Positions 12,276-25,470 of a stretch of DNA of 64,000 nt are shown piece after piece. The notes beneath the pieces were generated by a model, which worked only from the letters and a program-made list of their open reading frames with translations, was not told the DNA's origin and did no database searches. Origin of the DNA: Octopus sinensis (Eukaryota); the NCBI RefSeq assembly GCF_006345805.1, contig NC_043003.1, positions 35,960,001 through 36,024,000 of the forward strand, written 5' to 3'. Positions within the stretch are counted from its first letter, which is position 1, and each line of letters begins with the position of its first letter. A program made the position numbers and the translations under genes.

Positions 12276-12362
12276 CATCATTATTATTATTATTGTTATT
12301 ATTATTATTATTATTTTTATCATTATTATTATTATTATTATTATCATTATTATTATTATTAG
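12044..12362. repeat. (ATT/ATC)n trinucleotide microsatellite, about 320 bp
   Basis: Directly visible; source of the poly-Ile ORFs. Confidence 0.97.
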
Positions 12363-14037
12363 TATTAGTATTTTGTTGGTAGTGATGTTTCTGATGTCGT
12401 GTTTGGTGTTTTTGTTGTGATGCTATTTTTCGTCGTTTATTAATTATTTCATTTTTATTACAATTCGTGTATGTTGTTTGGTGTTTGGTGTTTGGTTCTG
12501 GAAAGAGGTATTTGGTGATTGCAGATAAATAAACACATTGCTCGCTGTGAATTTAATTTCTGTTAATTATAATTAATAAATTTGGGAGTCTGGTATAGTT
12601 TTCAAAATATTTATGGCCGACATCAATAATATAACGCTGAAATGTCCAGAGAATTACCATTCATTTATAAAACTGAACAGATATTTCATGATTTGGTGTT
12701 TAATTATTGAACACACCTCTACAGTGTGAATGTGTGCATAAATTTGTGTATGTATGTCTAAACGTGTACTTCTCTTTGTATAATATGCATGCAGGATGCT
12801 TTTCTACTATATATACTAGTATTAGTTTGTGTGTTTGTCTGAGAGCGTATTGTTAGTCTCTGTATTGTACGAATATTCATTTGTGTAAAAAGTGCGTTTG
12901 CATAAATGCGTATTTGTATGACTGTGTTAGTGTATTTTTCCGTGAATATATTTGTACAAAACAGTGTATAAATGTATGTGTGTTATTAAGGATATATATT
13001 TGTATGAATGTTATAAGCGAGTGTGTGTATGAATGTGTGTTAGTATGTGTGAATATTGGTCTCAGTGGATCGTGTGTGTGTGTGTGTGTCTGTGTGTCTG
13101 TGTGTGCGTGTGTATGCGTGCTTCGTTGATGTACATAGAAACAATAATTTCAGTGATATTTTCTTTCTATTTCGCAAAAACAGATTAAATCACTGCGAAC
13201 AATGGTTTTAAAACTTATGTGTGATCTGTCTAAACCGCCAAAGCTTTTGTCGAATGGACCGACTGGCAGACATCTGTACGCATCATCAAAATAAGTTGTT
13301 TGCCAAATCCTATAAAGAAGAACCACAACTCCTGTTAGAGTCTAAGTTGAGAAGCCACAAAACAAGTTCGAAACACGGGTGTTCTCAAATCCCCTAAACC
13401 TATACAAATCGAGTGCTCTAAAAGGAATAGTATTCATTGTAACTTCGAAGTTTCGTCAGCTAATGAAAAGCATCAAGCAATCCTTAAGTTTATTTTTTCA
13501 ATTTTATTATGACATAAAAACATTAACATGTTTGTGTGTATGTGTGTGTGTGTGCGAGAGCGCGCGCATGTTTGTGCACGCCATGTTTTATAAGGAGTCG
13601 AAGAATAGAGCTAGAGCTAGAATCAGGTATCTAAGAATGTCCCCAATACTAGCATCTAGCACTTCGAATCTTATACATATGTAGCTAAACCCCTCGTACT
13701 CTGACGAATACTAAGCTTCCTGAACATTAATGCTATCTAACTGCAGTCTCACATTTAAGGCATAGACGAAAACAATTTGCAAAACTGGTCTTCCTATTTT
13801 TGAAGTATAATATTTTTTACCTCTCAACAGTCGCTAACTCTCTACTGGGCGACATCTGAACAGTGCTTCTACTGCGCATAAACACATCCTAATAAGTAAT
13901 CCGAATGATTTACAGTTGTTTAGAAACACTCCAGCTTATTCAGTAATGAAGTATGGGCCACAGAGAGGCTGACAACGTATGTCCCTATATGTGTGTGGAT
14001 GTCTATGAGTGAGTGTGTGTGTGCGTGTGTGTGTGTG

Positions 14038-14078
<41 letters not shown>

Positions 14079-14349
14079 TGTGTGTAGCCTGTACCACTGA
14101 TTATAGATTGTTTCTGAAATTTTTGCTTAAATTCTATCGTGTGATAGAATTTGATGCATTGTGTATTTCATTTCTTTACATTCTCCTGAATTTACATTAT
14201 CCATAGACCAAAATAATTCGGAATAATTGTTTGTATATGAATATCTGTTTAGCGTGTTTGTTCAAAAATACTTTCCTAATATTAATTATGATGTACACAG
14301 TCAACAACCTATATGACTCGTTATCGATCATACATATATGCATACATAT

Positions 14350-15600
14350 AAGTATGCATACATGAATGAGATAGTTGTCTGAACACCCGCGCGACTCAAT
14401 ATTATAGGAAACTTCAAAATCAATGGAGAGGTACATGCGCTATACTTTCCAAGCAAGATTGGAGGCCATGGTCTCAAATCTGTCATACGAATTACATATT
14501 GGGACACTGAAGCAACATCTGCCACAGAGAAAAGAGGCCGACTATATTTCCCAAGTTTGCAATCATGAAGTCAACAACATGATTAAAATAGCTAAAGAGT
14601 TTGAGAAGAGACATGAAATAAGAGCTGACACAGGCTTCTGCCCAAAGAAGATTGTTAAAGTATATGTCTTGAACAAAATTTAAGAATGGACTTGTTCACT
14701 GACATGATAGCGCATGGGTACTTGGTACGAAAGACACAAACCATGGAAGGAATTGATCACATAAAAAGCTTGGCATAGAGTGCCGAAATATTTTTGACAT
14801 CCCATTTCGAAGGCTCTGCTGTTCGAGAATAAGAGATACCAACCAATTATTTGCACCATAAAAGGCAGAAAACATTGACAAACAAGAAATGCAGGTTGTG
14901 CAAAACCAAGACTGAAGGCATCAACCATATCATTGCCAACTGCAAGAAAATGTCATCCAGATATTGTCTTTTTATGGTGCATGATGCGATGGCCAGAACT
15001 GTTTGGGATAGGGTAACAGAAAAAGCCACCAGCAGATGAAGTTAATATATTCCTTTCTACTATAAGCACAAGGCCTGAGATTTCGGAAGAGGGGTAGGTT
15101 GATTACATCGATCCTAGTGCTCAACTGGTATCTGTTTCATCGACCCTGAAGATAATGTCAGCAGAATTTGAACTCAGAATGTGAAGACGGATGAAATGCA
15201 GCTAAGCATTTTCCCGGGCGTGCTGACAATTCTGCAAGCTCGCCGCCCCGATGAAGTTAAATATATTGAGATGAGCAAAATATTGGTGGAACTTAAAGAT
15301 TAAAACAACCACCAATTTAAAATCAACCGCCCAGAAGTGGTTAGAAAAATACAGGAGAAAGAGAGCATATATAATCGATGATAGAGAATTTGCAAATTCT
15401 GAACCCAAGATCCACTTTCAGCTTCAAAACTTTTATTACTGGAGTAACAGGAAACGTACCAACGTGTCTGGAGCAAAATAAGGCTGAACTTGGGCTCGTG
15501 GGGAGAGAACGCCACTCCTTAATTTATATACTACAAATAAGAACGGTACCTGAGCCTATAGATATCGCCAAGAATTTTCTGGAGATTTGCTGGAAGATCA
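14350..15600 (+). mobile_element. 3' half of an R4-clade LINE (RT thumb, CCHC knuckle, RLE), decayed, split by a SINE
   Basis: NGEVHALYFPSKIGGHGL (cf. DVDRLYLPRKEGGRGL), CRLCKTKTEGINHIIANC, NRPEVV, FKTFITGVTGNVPTCL..LQI; SINE B inserted at 15042-15248. Confidence 0.85.
15042..15248 (-). mobile_element. SINE family B nested in the R4-clade LINE
   Basis: Reverse copy: GAATTTGAACTCAGAA, CTAAGCATTT..GGGCGTGCT..TTCTGC.AGCTCGCCGCC. Confidence 0.85.
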
Positions 15601-16639
15601 CTGAAATAAGATACTTTCCTTCACAACTTTGCTACTAAGCAGGTGGCCGGTCAAAATTACTTCTAGATAAAAACGCGAAAGAGGACAAACATACATACAT
15701 ACATACATACATACATGCATGCATACATACATGCATACATACATACATACCCTGTTGTTGTTGAAATTCCAATGAAAGAGCCTTGTATCTGGTTTACAAT
15801 CGTCTCTATTGACAAGAAATCCTTAAATAAAACTGAATAATGGCATATATACATACATACATAACATACATACATACGTACGTACATACATAAAAAATAT
15901 TTTATTTTCCGTTGCAATGTACTTCAATGTACAGGCTGTGTATCTGGAGATTATTTCGCTACAGAAAGAACCCTACTTTGTTCAGCATCAACCTTCATAG
16001 AAATATATATTCATTAATTAACCGACTAGCTACCTCACGTCTTATGTTTTATTCAAGACACTATATGTTTTAGAAGCAAATGTATTATGGCTCAAATGTC
16101 AAGCGTATATCTTCAACAATCGTTAACGATTCGACTCTTTCATTAGTCACAAAACCAATTCAATTAAATAAAGGCTCACCATCGATCTTTACGGAGCGCT
16201 TTAAATGATTAAAGTAGTTAACATTGATGCGAGCTGGGATTTGAAGTTTGAAGACCGAAACAAAATATTTTAAGTATTTAGTCATAGACGTATTTGAGCA
16301 GAAAGAAGCCATGTCCCAAAGATTTTGCTTTTAAATGGTTCTGTTAAAGGAATGTTATCTGCAACCCTATCTTCCTCGCTTTGCTTTCTTTACCCTTTTC
16401 CTGACTGACATAACAGAAAACCTAATTTTTATACAAATACTAGTTGCCTTCAATAATTGATTGTTTTGAGCCTTGAATAACAACGAACTAGGGAGAATAT
16501 CAACAGCAAGCATCATATCATCAAGAAAACTTGACTTTTATTGAAGATTAAAATGTTTGAGTTAATGCCCAATCAATACTAGTTACACTATCAATCTTCT
16601 ACCATTTGAGACAGATACTCCTCTTCCACAAACATCCCT

Positions 16640-16689
16640 TCAGTAGAAGATACCAAAAATTATATTCCATAAACCTAACTCCATCCAAT
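16640..16689 (-). CDS. candidate terminal coding exon, (D)WMELGLWNIIFGIFY*
   Basis: Acceptor CTCTATTTTACAG|AT, then a hydrophobic 15-residue frame and TGA in non-repetitive DNA; no partner exon found. Confidence 0.2.
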
Positions 16690-18034
16690 CTGTAAAATAG
16701 AGTAACGGCAGGGGTCATAATATGTCTGACATACTCAAACAAACCTATGGCATGAACATCGAAGGCAAGAATATCTTGTATTTGATTCTGACATAGTTTA
16801 TCTTAAACTACTTCACACAATATTTTGTTTCCATTTTAAGACCCTTAGTAGTGATGTTGTGGCTGTTATTTGAAAAAGTTCAAGCGATTGCGTAGAGACA
16901 TACAAGTTAGTTCGTTGAATTAAGTTTGGGCTAGGTAGGCTACTTAACACTTGAAATATTTGGTAAATTCAGCATAGGAAATATTTCAAAACCTGAATCA
17001 ATATCATCTAAAAGTAGAAATGTCATTTTGGATAAAAGTAAGGTTATTAGTACAATGAGAATTACTATAAATTTTAATGAGCCATTATTGACCCACAATT
17101 CCGAAATTAGTGAGGGCTAACAAGACGAAAGCATTGATGAATAGTATTTGGTAAGTATACTTAAAAGAAATTATTAGAGAAAATCTATTAAGGCTTGTGA
17201 GATTCTAGTAATAGATCAGAACAGAGTGGAAGATGAAAGGTAGATGAAAGAAATATTTGAAAGTGACGTAGTTGTTTTGTTGTATAACCCAAAGCAAACT
17301 CTGGATTGATCAAAGGTATCCTAGTCATGACTATCAGATTCTCTTCTCTTTTTCCTTGCTTTTGTCTTTCGAGGGAGAGGGAACTCCGCATTACATTATC
17401 CAATATATATTATTCCTTTTCTTCAAACCGGTGCAATTTGATTTGAGGGAGATTTGGTTACTCTAACTAATATGTTGAAATATGACCTCGTTAGAAATGG
17501 CGTACAGGTCAAAGAGGAAAATCAGGGAATTATTGTATGTAAAGGTTAACAATGCAACTTGTTTTTTTTAAGAAACAACTATTGAAAAGAATATCGTTTG
17601 ATATTCGGTGTTTGAAGGTAAATAAAGTATTGATAATTCAAAAGAGTTCTCAAGACTGGATATACATATATGAGATGAGATACTGTTTTATATCTACTCT
17701 TTGTGAATGATTTGATAAATTTCTGTCCACTGAAGAAAGACGGATCCCCTTATGCGAAAAGGGATTCGGTTTGAACTCTCATACGTAATATCGAGGAATT
17801 AAATTGCGCCTCCTCAAAAAATGAAATGCATTTCTTTAAAATACACTCGTTGACAGTATGTTAATGGAAATAAAATGTCTAAAACTTATCGATTTTCTAA
17901 CCAATCTATGATTTTTTTTAGATCAAATATATGCTGTAAAGCCATGACTACTCTAAGATGAACTTTTACTTTTTAACTTTCCTTGCACACAATAACTCAG
18001 TGCTACATCTAACACGAAATGTTTGAATTGTTTG

Positions 18035-18129
<95 letters not shown>

Positions 18130-18598
18130 GATTGATAGATAGAGAGAGAGAGAGAGAGATAGATAGATGTGCATATACATATATATATATAAGTGTACAA
18201 GTGTATTTATGAGTATATATATATACACATACATACATATATATATACTTACATGCGTACGTATGTATCGATGTATACATGTATGTATGTATGTATGCAT
18301 GTATGTATGTGTGTGTATGTATGTATGTATCTATGTATGTATGTATGTAGGTATGTACCACGGGCCAGTCAACGAGAAATAGTCCACATATTACGTAGTT
18401 GTTTGATCGGCAAGTAATTACTACCAAATCTGTTTCAGATATCATTCTACTGCCTTAGAAATAATGATATTTTGTAAACATTAAGTCTTGGATATGCAAA
18501 AAGAGGACTTGCTCAGAAATGGAATGCCTTCAATCATACCTCGTTGACTTGGGTCTAACCAACAGCAACACTAACGTCAGCGATAGTAGTAGCAACAA

Positions 18599-18739
<141 letters not shown>

Positions 18740-19657
18740 CATAAGAAAATCCAAGACTACATTGAACTCACATGGACCTTGCTTGGTATGTACTAGGAAG
18801 TTTTGTTGTTGCCGGAGAACCATGTTGAAGAAAGAGGTGATTCAGCGAAGCTGGCCCATAGCCATCTAAATAACTCTTAACTTTCTTTTCTCTTCAGCTT
18901 TTCGTTTATTAACATCACTTACGTTTTTTCTCGTCTTCCTGTCCCACGTTATTTAACTCTCTCCTCTCTTTGTCTCTCTCCCTTCTTCGCCTTCTTTCAA
19001 TGAAACTGTTTTATTTCATATATAACTATTATGTTTTCCTTTTTCGTGACATAACTCGTTTTGGTGACATACCTTATTATTCCATATCCATTTACTAGTC
19101 TCAAACAACATTGTTTTTTTTCTTTGTTTTTTTTTTGTTTTGTTTTCTTTTTCATATTTCTCCCTCTTCCCAATTTTTGCCACAAACTTTTTTCTGCCTT
19201 TCTTCATCCTCGTTTCTTCTTTCTACTTTTCATACAACTTCCGTTTATTTTTGTGCTTCTTTTTTTTTTTGCTTTTTTTTTTTTGCTTTTTTTTTTTCAT
19301 TCACACCAATTTCACGCATACACACTAACGCATACACTACATTCGCTTAACAACTTCTTTCTCAGTCAGTCACTCGCTCTTTCCTTTCTACCAGCTCCAA
19401 CCTTCGTACTATTTTTCTTCATTTCAATATCATTCTTACACTTCTCTCTTCTTTCATTGACACCATTTTCTGCATATCTTTGTTTTATATATTTATATAT
19501 TTTTCTTTGTTAATGTTTTTTTTGTTTCATCTCATTTTCTTGCTTTGATCACGATCTTTTCATCACTCACTTTTCTCGCCTATCATTCTATCGGCTGTCA
19601 TCTGTTTTACAACTTTTCCTCGCGTTTTATCTGATTTTCTTTCATTTTGTACGCTCT

Positions 19658-19667
<10 letters not shown>

Positions 19668-19724
<57 letters not shown>

Positions 19725-19737
19725 CCTATCTATCTAC

Positions 19738-19815
<78 letters not shown>

Positions 19816-19833
19816 GACTGTCTGTCTGTCTAC

Positions 19834-19865
<32 letters not shown>
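19668..19865. repeat. (TATC)n tetranucleotide microsatellite
   Basis: Directly visible; similar arrays at 23958-24045, 34840-34920 and 49005-49145. Confidence 0.97.
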
Positions 19866-20278
19866 TTTCTTTTCATTCACTCTCTCTACACTTTTCTTAC
19901 AGCTAGCATATTTTTTTTTAACATGTTTCCATCTGTTTGTTGTTACGTATCTCTCCTTCAATCTCACTGTAAACCTTCACTCTTCTTTTCCTTCTTTCTC
20001 TGCCATGTCTCCCCCTATCTCCGTTTCTGCCTATCTAATATCTGCTCGCAATACAATGAAGCATATCGACCCCACCCCTCTTTGTCTGTCTGTCTGTCTG
20101 TATGAATATCTTGCTTCACCCTCTTTCATTGTACCTATCTGTATATTGTTAAAAATTTTCTCGCATCTGTTTCTTTTGCTCGCCTCCTCTTCCTCTCTAT
20201 CTATTATCTACGCATGCACGCATATCCTTTTTATTTTTTACTCTTCCTTCCATACTCTCCCACACTCTCTGTCTGTCA

Positions 20279-20325
<47 letters not shown>

Positions 20326-20939
20326 GCTTCCTCACTCTCTTGCCTCTAACTATTTCTGTGTACATAGTCTTATCATCTTTTGTTTTTTACTTCCTCATTC
20401 GTGCACATTATCTATGTCTTACGCTCTCTTCATTGGTCTAACTTGTTATCATCCCTATTCGTTCTAATCGATTTTTTCGATTTCATTTTCGTGTCCATTC
20501 CTGAATGGATAAAATAAGGAATCAATCATATACCGAACTTGATTAATTCGACAACGTCCCTCCCAGAAAATGCTTGGCATTATACTTAAATCATAAATCA
20601 TTACTGTTATTCGTCTACTCGTTACTTTATTACTATTAGCAAGAATAGACCACGAAAATTGATTTATTCAAAGCTTGCATCTGTAGACCGGAGTACTCAG
20701 TTAGTACAGAGCATATGCCCTTGCTATAAGGTAATTCTAGGTCTGCATGATCTTTCATCGTTCCGACATGGCTGTCCTTATTTGAGGGTTTCTGGCACAA
20801 TTTCACACAGTTGCTTTCGATTTGTTTTATTTTTGTTTTTGTTTTAGTAATTGATCCTGCAAAAACCCAAACCATTTCTGAATTTTTTTCTCAGGGCGCT
20901 CCTTCATATGTTGCCTGTTTGACAATAATAGAGAAACTA

Positions 20940-21150
20940 TGTAGCGAGCTGGCAGAATCGTTAAACACGGCGCGTAAATACCTAGCGAAATTTTCTCGGT
21001 CTTCATGTTCTGAGTTCAAATTCCGACAAAGTTTACTATGCCTTTCACCCTTTGGGGATCGTTTGAAATAAATACCAGTTGAGTGTTGGGGTCCATGTAA
21101 TCGACTTAACCCCACTGCTTCAAAATTGCTGGCCTTGTGCCGAAAATTGA
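20940..21150 (+). mobile_element. SINE family B
   Basis: GCGAGCTGGCAGAATCGTTA..GAGTTCAAATTCCG..GCCTTTCACCCTTTGGGGATCG. Confidence 0.85.
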
Positions 21151-21361
21151 ACGCATTATTATTCCATTTACGCACAACAGAATACATTAACATTGGCCTA
21201 CAAGTAACCTTTAGACGCCAAGAGCCTTACTAAGTATCCTAGATGTTCTTAATAATACCGTCTTCTCAAGCTGCACAAAATTAGGTTTTATGCCTATTTC
21301 CATCTGTTCAAATCTTTAAGAACGCACCTATAACTACAGAGATACAATTTATTACCACCAC

Positions 21362-21386
21362 GTATTATTATTATTATTATTGTTGT

Positions 21387-21452
<66 letters not shown>

Positions 21453-21502
21453 TAGTAGTAGTAGTAGTAGGGGAGGAGGAGGAGGAGGAGGAGGAGGAGG
21501 AA
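21362..21502. repeat. compound (TAT)n-(TAG)n-(GAG)n microsatellite
   Basis: Directly visible. Confidence 0.95.
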
Positions 21503-21554
21503 TAACAGCAGCAGTAACTTCTGATTAATAGAACTACCCTTGCGGATTGTAAAA

Positions 21555-22790
21555 GGAGACACAAATTAGCCATGGCATGTTGTGGACTAAATTAAAGCCT
21601 ACGATATGTTACCCTACAACTGGATATGACTGCCTCAAATTTACTCAAGTGTAAGACAATATGTATAGGTTCACAGAAAGATCAATGAGCAACTGCAACT
21701 TTCCTGCGAGGAATAGTTAGGCTCTGTTAACATACGAAGAGGTATATCTCAGGAAGACAGCTTATTACCATCCTATTCGTCATCTGCATGATCCCCCCGA
21801 TGTAAGTCCTTAGAAAGGTGAACATTTCATACGTGCTATAGGTTATTAAGATCAACCATCTTTTATTCATGGATGATTTAAAGCTATTTGCGAAAGATCA
21901 GTTCAAAATTGACAGCTTAACATCTACTATAAATCTGATTAGTCAGGATATTGGGATGGAGTTTGGAATAAAAACAAATGTGGCGTTGTAACAATGAAAC
22001 GTGGTAAACTAACAAAGAGTAGAAGGTCGCATTATTAAAGAAGTGGGAGAGGAAGGATACAATAATTTAGAAGTCCTTGAATTGGTTAATATCAAAGAGA
22101 AAGAAATAAAGGAGATGGTTAAAAAAAAAAAGGAATATCTCAGGCGGGAGTGATTTGTAATGTCATCTAAATTGAATGGAGGGAATAGCATCAAGGTAAT
22201 GAATACATGGGCTGTGCTCCTTATGCATTACGGTATAGGATTAATAAAATGGAGGAAAATCGAATTAGAAAGTATTCATAGGAAAACAAAGAAACGGATG
22301 GATGACACTGCATACAGAACTCCATCAAATGAGTGATGTTGCATGACTTTATGTTGGAAGAATGAAAGAAGGCAGCGGACTAATAAGAAGTGAAAGTTGT
22401 CAAAAGCAAAGAAAACAACCGAACTTGGTATATTGAAAATGTAAGAGGTAACATCATGTCAAATTAAGAGACCCCGAAACACCGAAATCTCCCGATACAG
22501 TAACACCAAATGAGTGCAAGAGTGTAAAAAGGAATTTAAGGAATGGAAGCACAAGCTTATGCATGGGCAGAGATAAAGTAGGCATCAGTTGGGATAAGAA
22601 TTGGTTGTGGCTTAGAAATGGCAATCTCAAAGGATGCACTGAAGCTCTCGTATGGAACAAAAGAAGAAACGGCCAACCATCTTGTAAGCGAATGTGATTA
22701 GTTGGCACAGCGAGAGTGCAAAAGACTACAAGCTGACTTTGCCAGATATATCCACCAGATGATGTCTGAGAAACGTGCGATTGTCAAAGT
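21555..22790 (+). mobile_element. R4-clade LINE RT fragment, decayed
   Basis: KAYDM (RT3), NIRRGISQEDSL (RT4), INHLLFMDDLKLFAKD (RT5), DIGMEFG, LNGGNSIKVMNTWAV, LMHGQ, WLWLRNGNLKG.TE, ETANHLVSEC; many frameshifts and stops. Confidence 0.9.
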
Positions 22791-22989
22791 AGCTAAATAA
22801 TATGAAACTATCCACCACACCACTATCTGTGATATACAATAATCTTCTAGCTGACATGTATATGCTTATAGTAGGCCTATCAACTTGTGCCACACTTCTC
22901 ATACTTGTACACATATCAGTTCATCGACATAGTACAGATGCAGAAACTGGGTCTATTCATTGTAGATAGTTTTAAAAGATAGAATAATT

Positions 22990-23440
22990 TTTTTCCCAGG
23001 TTATGTAGGCTCCAGATGTAAGGAGTTTTATATATTCTGATGTTTTCCAAGAAAGGCATGGATTCCTGAGTAGAGGCAGTAATGCGCTCTTTTAGGGTCT
23101 CTGGTGGGTCAGCAAGGACATTGTTCTTAGACCTTGTTTATATTCATTGGTTTATCACATATCTCAGATTTCGGACATGATAACGAATGAAACAAATTTT
23201 TGAGAATCATAGTCTTGTCCAGGGTCATAGTTGAAAGGTGAGCCTTTCATTGATCAAGTTTCCTCGGTTGTCACTGGATATCCGGTGTAGTAGTATTCTC
23301 TTTACAGTGAGTGTCACAGCAACTATCAACCTCAAGCTTTCTGCGAATTGCATTTGTGGAATCCTTTGTTTTTGCTGTTCTCTGAACACACGTTTACGTT
23401 TAGTACTAGGTTGAAGGTGAAGCACACATTTTCTTTCACA
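22990..23440 (-). mobile_element. Helitron RepHel N-terminal fragment, decayed
   Basis: Minus-strand FNYDPGQDY and LADPPETLKERITASTQESMPFLENIRIYK, resembling the Helitron AFNYDP..DY and L..PPEPL..LL.G...SKHFL.NIR.YN motifs. Confidence 0.7.
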
Positions 23441-23956
23441 ATATTGAAGTAAATTAAAGTGTTCCGCTCATATAACAACAACAATTGAACAATAACTGCG
23501 TACTTTTAATTTCTTTTATGAACATTTTAGCTGCCATAGGGCAACTGAAAGAAATGAAGCCTTTACATAGTAATAGACAGATAATTAAGTGCCACGAAAT
23601 ACCTCTCGCACTCTGTATAAGATTTAGAATGAGGGTGTTAGAACCAAATACATGCTAACAATTATCTAAGATGATTGGGACATATTGATCTCTGGTAAAA
23701 TAAAAACGTTTTAAAAATTCGATGTCTCAAAATGTAATTACTCACGGTAATTTTTCAAAAATAAACATTCCCTTCTTGCGCAATATTTCCAGAGCTTCCT
23801 CGGTGAACGAGCCGAATCCCATGCGGCCACCTTGTCAAGCTGTTCCAGTACTTACGAAGTGCACAACATATGTTATTATAACAATAAATCGTTGAATTTT
23901 TGAAACAGCTGTAAATTTTACGATACGGCCGTGTAAATGAAGTAAATGAGATAATG

Positions 23957-24044
<88 letters not shown>

Positions 24045-24529
24045 GTCTGTCTGTCTGTCAATATATCTATCTATCTATTTATTTATCTATCTATCTACAT
24101 ATATGTACCTGTGTGTAAGTGTACGTGTGTGTAGCGGTGGAGTGTTTGTCTAGTTTCTATTTTCCATTTGTGTTGTTCATTTCTTATACCCAAATCCTGT
24201 TTGACGGAATTATTGGTCCCCGAATTAAAGAATTAGCATATATGAACCTGGACTAGTCCAAGCATTAATCTACTGTTCATCTGTCATGCTCTTATAAAAG
24301 CGCTTTCTCGCTCATCTGATATTAGATATATGTTTGTTCATATATGTAAAAGCACGCTTACTTTTCTTGAAACAACATTGCCATTTCTTTAGAGAAAAAG
24401 ATGAATTTGCCAAATATTACACGGAGGCCAAGATACATCCCAGAATTATGAATGGAAACCTGTCTATGTTTCGTGATGGTACAAGTCATGTTAGTGGTAA
24501 TTTTGGTGGTAGAGTGTGGTGCTAACACT

Positions 24530-24684
24530 AATGCTAATGGTAGAAGTGGTATTGGTAGTGGTGTTAGGTGGTAGTGATGGTATTGGCATATCAGTATTGG
24601 TGCAGATAGTATGGGTGACAGTGTTTGCTGTTTTGTTTGCTGATAGGGATTATTGTGGTGTTGACAGCAACAGCAGCAGCAGTG

Positions 24685-24716
<32 letters not shown>

Positions 24717-24735
24717 TGTTGTTGTTGTTGTTGTT

Positions 24736-24767
<32 letters not shown>

Positions 24768-25150
24768 GGTGGTGGTGGTGGTGGTGGTGACAAGAGTATT
24801 GTAAGTGTGAAAGTGGAAGGAGTGGTTGTGGCATTAGTGTAAGTGGTGAAGGTTTATTGATGGTAGTACTGATGAAAATACTGGTGTTTGTAATGGTAGT
24901 TGGGAATGTGTTGTTAGTATTGGCGATAGCAGTGATAGCAGAATAGCGATAGAAATGGTTGTGTTAGTGTTTGTGACAGTGGTGGTTGTGGTTCCAGTAG
25001 AAATGGAGGTGGCTATAGTAATAATAATAGTTGTGATAGTGTTTGTGATAGTGGTTGTAATAGTGATGGCAGTGATGATGGTATTGGTGATGGTGGTGGT
25101 GACAGTGGCGGTAATAGTGGAGAAAAATGATATAGAAATGATGATGTTCG
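24530..25150. repeat. cryptic GTA/GTG/GAT low-complexity region with (AGT)n, (GTT)n and (GGT)n cores
   Basis: Directly visible; gives Val/Thr-rich pseudo-ORFs. Confidence 0.9.
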
Positions 25151-25435
25151 TAACAAAGAAGACCCCGGAGGCGTTGGTTTGTATAGCTTGTTTGAACACG
25201 GAAACTATTTTTTTTAACCGTCCTAATATATCAGGGAAGCAATTCTCCTCAGAACATATATATTTCTTCCATTCCCTATACACCGCCCTCTATCTTTACC
25301 ATTCTCTGCCTCTCGTTATCACTCTCTATCGTGCAATCTTCAGTCGCTTCTAACCATCATCACTGTATATCTCGCTATATATCTCTCTATATTCTCTCCC
25401 TATTATCCTCCATTTATCTACTATGTTCTCTTTCT

Positions 25436-25470
<35 letters not shown>

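Noticed and set aside
17730-17790. CTGAAGA..GAAA with a hairpin as a hammerhead
   Set aside because: The hairpin spans the GAAA instead of lying between the core halves; no stem I/III or NUH site.
24334-24525. Protein-like frame EKDEFAKYYTEAKIHPRIMNGNLSMFRD
   Set aside because: Plausible splice sites exist on both strands, the donor is weak and there is no homology, so it cannot be called.
24955-25353. Long hydrophobic ORF as a membrane protein
   Set aside because: Product of GTN/ATN-rich cryptic repeats.
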